DNA of 64,000 nt. Origin: a bacterium. Its GTDB lineage: Bacteria > Zhuqueibacterota > Zhuqueibacteria > Residuimicrobiales > Krinioviventaceae. A program made the position numbers and the translations under genes. The stretch lies in the NCBI GenBank assembly GCA_963674595.2, contig CAXXFV010000006.1, forward strand, positions 128,001 to 192,000, written 5' to 3'. Positions within the stretch are counted from its first letter, which is position 1, and every line of letters starts with the position of its first letter. This document shows, in pieces, positions 57,708 to 64,000 of the stretch. Under the pieces are notes generated by a model. It was not told the DNA's origin and did not search any database. It was given only the letters and a program-made list of their open reading frames with translations.

Positions 57708-60700
57708 TTGAGTTTTAAGAAAGGGTATTTCCTGCCTTACCTGGGTTTGCTATTAATCATTACAACCTTTTCTTCAAGTCTTTTTGCGGGGACATGGAAG
57801 ATTATGCCGATTGGTAATTCAATAACAGACGGTGTTGGAAGTTCTGATGGTTTGGGTTTTCGCCAAAAACTTTATACTAAATTGAATAACGGCGGTGTTG
57901 ATTTTCAGTTTGTCGGCGGTGACGGTGCTTCACCTTATAATGGCCACTTTTTAAAGGGTGCAAAAATTGATGTTTTCCTGGCAGGCGGCACCAAGGATGT
58001 AACACCTGCATTAAATAGTTATCAACCGAATATGGTGCTTATTCATTTAGGTACGAACAATATCAACAATGGCGCCATAGCAGCCGGTCCCTATACGAAT
58101 CCTGCAAGTGCTGCCGGAGAATTATATGAGCTGTTAAAACTCGTTTCCTCCAATCAATATGTAACAAAGATTTTATTATGTAAAATAGTACCACGTGTGG
58201 TAAATGGCTCTATTGAAGACTCTAAAACAGATGATTTTAATGCAGAAATATTAAATTTGTTTTTTGAAAGGCCGTCCGGTATTTCTTATAACAAGATCAC
58301 CATTGTGGACATGAATTCCATTATGGGCCTGGAAGATTATTCTGATGATGATCTTCACCCGGATGATTCCGGTTATGAAAAAATGGCCGGTAAATATTAC
58401 AACACAATTAAAGGACTTGATGTTCCTGATAATACCAATCCTTCAAAAATTGCTTTTCAGAACATTCATGTATTGGATGCTGAAAAAGGGACCGTGCAGC
58501 TAACCTGGAGAGCTCCCGGAGATGATGGTTATAGCGGTACATCCAATTTATATGAGTTACGATACGCGACATTTCAACTGGATAATTTTTCCGACGGAAA
58601 ACTGGAAGCAGATATAGATGCTCCTCAAAGTTATAATTCTGTTGAATCAAAAATAATTTACGGTCTTGTTCCCGGGTTACCATATCATTTTCGTATCCGT
58701 GCTTATGATGAACATAACAATGCCGGTCCAATTTCCGATGAAATTACCGTTCAATTACCTGATGTGGTTGTGCCCGAATATGAGGATGATTTTGCCGACG
58801 CCGATGCTTTTGAAGAGAATTGGAACGCTCATCCGTCCTATCAAGTTGTGAACGGAGAACTTTCCAATACCAGCACTGTAGCTGGATGGGAATATCTCGC
58901 TACATTTAAACATGCGATTTATAATGACGATGCGGATTATGTTGAAACGCAGCTCCGGTATTCTTTTTCTGCTGATGATGAAGGAATCAACAGCACTGGT
59001 ATTGCCATGCTGCTTGATGATTCGACTTCAACAGCAAACGGTTACCTGATTTTTTATCGATATGGAAAGATCAATCTTTATGAAATCATAGACGGTGAGG
59101 CTCAAGTTAACAAAATTGACTCAGATGATGTAGATGCCAGCTCTGCACCTTCGAGAGGCGATTTATTGGTTGTCAACTATAATCCTGCCTATATTGGCGG
59201 GCGCTATTTTAGTGTATTTGTTTATAAAGAAGATGTCGGATTATTAGCCCTTGGAAGTGTCGTTGACCCTGGTTCGAGCCAGGGTGGTGGTTCCAGTTTG
59301 TTTTCAGGTGCAATGCTTTTTGGGAATGTGGATAATAATGTAGATGATTTTAAAGTAAGAGTACCGGCGTTACCCGCACATAATATGGAGATTTATGCCG
59401 GAAACGGTCTGCATGCCAAAGTAACAAAAAAACTGGCTGAGCCTTTAACCGTCAAAGTAACAGATGTAAACGGCAATGGCGCTGCTAATGTTCCTGTTGA
59501 TTTTACGGTTACATCCGGGAATGCCTACCTGAGCACTCATCCGGATTCTATTCAGGCGGAATTTAATGGAAATATATGGATAGAAGCTGAAGATGGTGAT
59601 CTGGAACTGCCTATGATAAAAAAACAGGATGTATTAGCGTCTGAAAACAATTACATTGTCACAACCAGTGATGATCCTGATGTTAGTAGTAAAGCTACAT
59701 ATCAGGTTTATATCCCTGTTTCAGGCACATATACTTTATGGATACGTGTTTTAGCGCCGGATGGTTTGTCAAATTCATGTTTCGTATCAATCAGAAATAC
59801 TGCTGATCGGGAATATAAATTTAATACAAGTACCTCATGGAATTGGGGACCGCCTGTAAATGATCGCTTGAGCATTAATCTCGATCGGGGTTTTACCACA
59901 CTGGTGATTAGAAACCGTGAAAAAGGAACCCAAATCGATAAAATATTGCTGACAAGCAATTCAAGTTATGTTCCAACCCAGTTGGGTAAGACAACGCAAC
60001 GTTTCTCCTATATTTCAGATGCTTCCGGTTATGCCAATACGGAACTTACTTTTGACAGTGAAGCAGGTGTTGTCGAAGTAGAGGCTGTTTCCAGTGTGCC
60101 TAATGGCAGTCCGCAAACATTTCAGGTTTATGCAGACGCTTTTGATCCGTCCGTGTTTGTGAGAAACTCAAATGCACAGGTTCCCGGAAGTGCCGGTCAG
60201 GAATTGTCCGAAGCTTTTTCCGTACAATTATCCGATCAGTATAACAATTTATGCGTGGGCTATCCGGTAGATTTTGTCGTGCAAAGCGGTGACGGGCATT
60301 TTTTAGGAAATGATTCCGTTCGCATCATTACGGACGACCAGGGTATTGCTGAAGCAACGCTTACACTTGGATTTTCGCAGGAAACAATTGTTCATGCAGT
60401 GCTGCCGGATTTTCCAGCTTTCGCACCTATTGAATTTGCAGGCATCATTGGAGAAGGTATTCCAACCAGCATTACCTACGTTCAGGGCAATGGACAGACC
60501 GGTACGGTACATCAAACTTTAAGTCAGGATTTGCAGGTTCAGGTTTTGAATGAAAAAAGCGAGGTTGTCGCTAATTATCCTGTGCCTTTTGAAATTATTA
60601 AAGGAAACGGCAAGCTCGACGGACAGAGTGTTTCTGTTTTAAATAAAAATACCGATGCAAACGGCATTGCCTCTGTCAGTTTTACCCTTGGTGACACTGC

Positions 60701-63700
60701 CGGTGTAGAAAACCAAATTGTTCAGGTTTATGTGGAGGAAATCCAAAATCAACCCATTTTGTTCAAATGTACTGCCACACATGATGTCGCAAATAAGATG
60801 GTTATTGTTTCCGGTAAAGATCAGCAGCAGAGTGCAGGTCTTCGGTTGACCAATCCATTTGTTGTTAAAGTTACGGATTCCTATGATAATCCTGTGGATG
60901 GTTATCAGGTAAAATATTCTGTAATCGCCGGAAATGGTAATTTTAGAAATAGAGACGGTTTTATTCAAACAAGTGCTGATACAACGATTTCTACTGATGA
61001 ACAGGGTTTGGCGAATATATATTATACTGCCGGAAGTATCACCGGTGAAAACCAAATTAAAGTAGATGGGCAGCCAGCTTTATCATCCGGTTCCAAGATT
61101 TTCTATCCGGATATAACAAGTGCCCCCGCATCTGATGTTGCCAAGGTTTCAGGGGATAATCCTGTCCAGCAGGCTGTTGTTAAAAGTACATTGTCAAATC
61201 CGTTTATTGTTCAGATTACGGATCCTTTTGGTAACTCTGCCGGAAGCGGTCATCAGGTTGATTTTACCGTTCTTTCCGGTGGAGGAAATTTGAGCGGAGA
61301 AACCACACTTTCAAAGTCTACAGATTCTAATGGCAGGGCCCAGGTAACATTAACATTGGGCCAAACTTCGGGTACACAAGCTGTTCAGGTTACTCTAACA
61401 GACTATCCCAATTCAAAGGTGTTCTTTTATGCTTATGCCAACCCAGGCAGTGCCGCCAAGATAAGTTCTATCACTGACCGAAATTTTTACGGCACGGCTG
61501 GTGAACATGTAGAAAGATTGGGTGTGCTTGTTACGGATATATACAACAACGCCAAACCGAATCATTCTGTTGCGTTTAATGTTAACACGAATGAAGGTCT
61601 ATTTGATGATAATAGTACTTATAAAGTAGTACAAACAGATACATTGGGCCAGGCTTTTGTTAATTTGCATCTGGGCACGGATGCCGCTGTTACCAATAGA
61701 GTCATGGCTTCCTCATCTAAAAATGCGTCTTCAGATCAATTGGACGGCAGTCCGGTTGAATTTATCGGAACAGTATTACCGGATACTGTTTTTAAAATCG
61801 TTAAATTATCCGGTGATAACCCGATACAGGGCGGACAAATCGGTACAACTTTGCCCGACTCTTTTGTTATTCAGACCAGGGACCAATATGATAACTATGT
61901 ATCAGAAGTGCTGGTCAAATTTTTAGTTGAGAGCGAAGGCGGATTAATTGGTTCTTCAACTCAATATCAAATAGAAACGGATTTTCTGGGTAAAGCTTCC
62001 GTATATTTAACCCTGGGACAAAAAACAGGAGTTAAGAGTGATACGGTATCGGTATCTGCTCCATCTTATCCTGATGTTCAAACCGTTAATTTTTACGCCA
62101 GTGCATTGGCTGGTCAGCCGGTGAAAGTTGCTGCCGTTGGCGATACAACCTGGCAATTGCAATTATTAAGTCAGCCAATTGAACTACAGCCATCTGTTTT
62201 AATCACCGATGAGTTCAATAATCCTGTTATCGGCAATAATGTTTTGTTTAAAGTTATCAAGGGAGACGGCACTGTTAACAGTCAGGATTCTGTAACAGTT
62301 CAAACGAATTCGCAAGGTATTGCCAGTGTGGACTGGCTTTTAAATGCTGATCCGGACACAAACATTGTGGTTGCTTCCGCTAAATATAATAATCAGCCCC
62401 TGAATAACTCCCCAATTGAATTTCAAGCGATTACAACTGCCGGTGAACCAACGAATATTCAAAAAGTTGATCCTGTGCCAGCCAGCGGTATTGCAAATTT
62501 GATACTGGATGACCCGTTGCAGGTCAAAGTAACCGACAGCTTTCGTCATCCCGTTATAAATCATGATGTTCAATTTGAAATAACAAATCCAGCAAGCGGT
62601 ACAAAAGGTCGTTTGGTGAATAATGGTGATTCGTCTTCTACTAATTTAACTGTTAGAACCAATAAACAAGGAATTGCCAGGGTCTATTTTATTCCGGTAG
62701 AAGGTAATAATATTATTAAAGCAACGACAAAAAATAGCAGTGATATTGTTATCGGGTCTCAATCGTTTATTATAAATGCTGAACAAAGTCCGGCTACCAC
62801 GCTTGAAATAGTTACGGATAAAATTTTAACCGTCACTGTAGGAAGCGTTATTCAGCCTGGTTTTTTAATTAAAGATGCTCAAAATAGCAATGTTGCTGAC
62901 TATCCGGTTCAGTTTAATATTCTTAATCAATCCGGTAGCTTGGGAGAATCAAATTCTCAGTGGCTTGTGAAAAATTCTGAAAACAGTGCAACGACTGTTC
63001 TATGGAATGTCAGCCAGCGTCTTGCAAAGAGCCCAAGTTTATTGCAAGTTGTCGCTCTAAATAGTCAGGGACAAAACCTGATCGGTTCACCGGATACTTT
63101 GAAAGCTTTTCTTGTTCCCGGTGCTGTTCATGCCGATTCCAGTAAAATTGAGACTTTTAATCAAGGGTCGGCTGACGGTATTACAGGAGTTGATGTTACA
63201 ATTACACTAAAGGATTTGTTTGGAAATCCAATTTCCGGCAAGAATGTATCATTGGCCTCTGAGCATGATTTTACAAGTTTTACTCAACCGGCCGATACAA
63301 CGAACATTCTCGGTGAAACAACCGGAAAAGTAAAGTCCACAAAAGCCGGAGAGTTTACATTCAAGGCGGTTGTAACCGGCGATCCGGCAACTGAAATTTG
63401 TTGTGGAACCGCTGTTTTTACGGCTGGTCTGGCTGAAAAAGTAATAATTATAAGCGGTGATAATCAAACCGGTAATGCAGGCGCTTTGCTTAAATTACCA
63501 TTCAAGGTACAAACGACTGATAATAACCTGAATCCTGTTGGAAATGCCCGTGTCAGGTTTAAAGTGATGGCCGGAAATGGTGTTTTTATCAGCAATGGTC
63601 TGGACACCTTATCCCAAAACACGGATTCGGAAGGCTTTGCAGAATGTTTTTACGTCTTGGGACAACAGGCAAATATAACAAATCAGGTGAATGCATCCTT

Positions 63701-64000
63701 AATTAGAAATAATAGCGAAATAGATGCCGACACATTCCAGTCACTTTCCAGAACTGGAATTCCGGACAGCCTGATTGTAATTTCCGGTAACAATCAGTCC
63801 GGTTCAGTTGGTGATACCCTTGATTTACCTTTCACTGTTAAAATTGTTGATGCGGATACCATTCCGGTTTGGAATGCATTGGTACAGTTTACGCCTGAAA
63901 ACAGCGGATCAATTGTAGGACAAAGTACGGTAAAAACGGATTCTTTTGGTAATGCTGCTGTTTACTATAAATTAGGATATCACAATGGCGAACAACCGGT
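57708..64000 (+). CDS. Giant secreted modular protein: SGNH esterase + Fn3 + CBM-like + many Big-1/invasin-like Ig repeats (3' truncated by the window; absent from the ORF track)
   Basis: GGAGG RBS then TTG 57708 (an in-frame ATG also exists at 57696); MSFKKGYFLPYLGLLLIITTFSSSLFA signal; IMPIGNSITDG, HLGTNN, DDLHP; LTWRAPGDDG Fn3; repeated SGDNQ.G..G..L..PF.V.VTD...NPV units; same frame at the start, middle and window end. Confidence 0.9.
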   Translation, partial: MSFKKGYFLPYLGLLLIITTFSSSLFAGTWKIMPIGNSITDGVGSSDGLGFRQKLYTKLNNGGVDFQFVGGDGASPYNGHFLKGAKIDVFLAGGTKDVTPALNSYQPNMVLIHLGTNNINNGAIAAGPYTNPASAAGELYELLKLVSSNQYVTKILLCKIVPRVVNGSIEDSKTDDFNAEILNLFFERPSGISYNKITIVDMNSIMGLEDYSDDDLHPDDSGYEKMAGKYYNTIKGLDVPDNTNPSKIAFQNIHVLDAEKGTVQLTWRAPGDDGYSGTSNLYELRYATFQLDNFSDGKLEADIDAPQSYNSVESKIIYGLVPGLPYHFRIRAYDEHNNAGPISDEITVQLPDVVVPEYEDDFADADAFEENWNAHPSYQVVNGELSNTSTVAGWEYLATFKHAIYNDDADYVETQLRYSFSADDEGINSTGIAMLLDDSTSTANGYLIFYRYGKINLYEIIDGEAQVNKIDSDDVDASSAPSRGDLLVVNYNPAYIGGRYFSVFVYKEDVGLLALGSVVDPGSSQGGGSSLFSGAMLFGNVDNNVDDFKVRVPALPAHNMEIYAGNGLHAKVTKKLAEPLTVKVTDVNGNGAANVPVDFTVTSGNAYLSTHPDSIQAEFNGNIWIEAEDGDLELPMIKKQDVLASENNYIVTTSDDPDVSSKATYQVYIPVSGTYTLWIRVLAPDGLSNSCFVSIRNTADREYKFNTSTSWNWGPPVNDRLSINLDRGFTTLVIRNREKGTQIDKILLTSNSSYVPTQLGKTTQRFSYISDASGYANTELTFDSEAGVVEVEAVSSVPNGSPQTFQVYADAFDPSVFVRNSNAQVPGSAGQELSEAFSVQLSDQYNNLCVGYPVDFVVQSGDGHFLGNDSVRIITDDQGIAEATLTLGFSQETIVHAVLPDFPAFAPIEFAGIIGEGIPTSITYVQGNGQTGTVHQTLSQDLQVQVLNEKSEVVANYPVPFEIIKGNGKLDGQSVSVLNKNTDANGIASVSFTLGDTAGVENQIVQVYVEEIQNQPILFKCTATHDVANKMVIVSGKDQQQSAGLRLTNPFVVKVTDSYDNPVDGYQVKYSVIAGNGNFRNRDGFIQTSADTTISTDEQGLANIYYTAGSITGENQIKVDGQPALSSGSKIFYPDITSAPASDVAKVSGDNPVQQAVVKSTLSNPFIVQITDPFGNSAGSGHQVDFTVLSGGGNLSGETTLSKSTDSNGRAQVTLTLGQTSGTQAVQVTLTDYPNSKVFFYAYANPGSAAKISSITDRNFYGTAGEHVERLGVLVTDIYNNAKPNHSVAFNVNTNEGLFDDNSTYKVVQTDTLGQAFVNLHLGTDAAVTNRVMASSSKNASSDQLDGSPVEFIGTVLPDTVFKIVKLSGDNPIQGGQIGTTLPDSFVIQTRDQYDNYVSEVLVKFLVESEGGLIGSSTQYQIETDFLGKASVYLTLGQKTGVKSDTVSVSAPSYPDVQTVNFYASALAGQPVKVAAVGDTTWQLQLLSQPIELQPSVLITDEFNNPVIGNNVLFKVIKGDGTVNSQDSVTVQTNSQGIASVDWLLNADPDTNIVVASAKYNNQPLNNSPIEFQAITTAGEPTNIQKVDPVPASGIANLILDDPLQVKVTDSFRHPVINHDVQFEITNPASGTKGRLVNNGDSSSTNLTVRTNKQGIARVYFIPVEGNNIIKATTKNSSDIVIGSQSFIINAEQSPATTLEIVTDKILTVTVGSVIQPGFLIKDAQNSNVADYPVQFNILNQSGSLGESNSQWLVKNSENSATTVLWNVSQRLAKSPSLLQVVALNSQGQNLIGSPDTLKAFLVPGAVHADSSKIETFNQGSADGITGVDVTITLKDLFGNPISGKNVSLASEHDFTSFTQPADTTNILGETTGKVKSTKAGEFTFKAVVTGDPATEICCGTAVFTAGLAEKVIIISGDNQTGNAGALLKLPFKVQTTDNNLNPVGNARVRFKVMAGNGVFISNGLDTLSQNTDSEGFAECFYVLGQQANITNQVNASLIRNNSEIDADTFQSLSRTGIPDSLIVISGNNQSGSVGDTLDLPFTVKIVDADTIPVWNALVQFTPENSGSIVGQSTVKTDSFGNAAVYYKLGYHNGEQP

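Noticed and set aside
58408-63467. Short ORFs listed in the track over the last 6 kb
   Set aside because: They are shadow ORFs overlapping the single long + strand frame starting at 57708.
1-64000. CRISPR arrays, IS elements, prophage, tRNA or rRNA
   Set aside because: No regularly spaced repeats, transposase, integrase or phage proteins, or RNA-gene signatures seen by eye; intergenic gaps are short.

Overview
AT-rich, almost entirely + strand chromosomal segment of a diderm bacterium. It has Shine-Dalgarno sites, canonical sigma70 promoters, bS22 and PorZ/PorV-like genes, which points to a non-Bacteroidota FCB-group lineage such as KSB1 or Calditrichota (inference). Most genes are housekeeping: an RND efflux trio, a class II (B12) ribonucleotide reductase broken by a single-base frameshift, riboflavin genes, recN, dnaE, sppA, two HU/IHF genes, xseAB-dxs-nadK-mutS, yicC-gmk-rpoZ-coaBC-udg-dnaB-rel, yqgF, lnt, bamD and nadD. 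I saw no rRNA, tRNA, CRISPR array or mobile element. Two real genes are missing from the ORF track: a 30-aa bS22-type ribosomal protein and a secreted SGNH/Fn3/CBM/Ig-repeat protein of more than 2090 aa that runs off the window end. The most notable leads are: (i) a tightly coupled Crp + CYTH (class IV adenylate cyclase-like) + atypical Prs module, with a perfect CRP site between the divergent nrdJ and rib promoters; (ii) a cluster of corrinoid protein, GHMP kinase, HAD phosphatase, DegT aminotransferase and Gfo-type dehydrogenase that has no methyltransferase; (iii) a family-4 UDG that has lost its catalytic motifs; (iv) a short promoter-to-terminator unit where an FMN riboswitch might be expected. 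All product calls come from motif recognition, not database searches.
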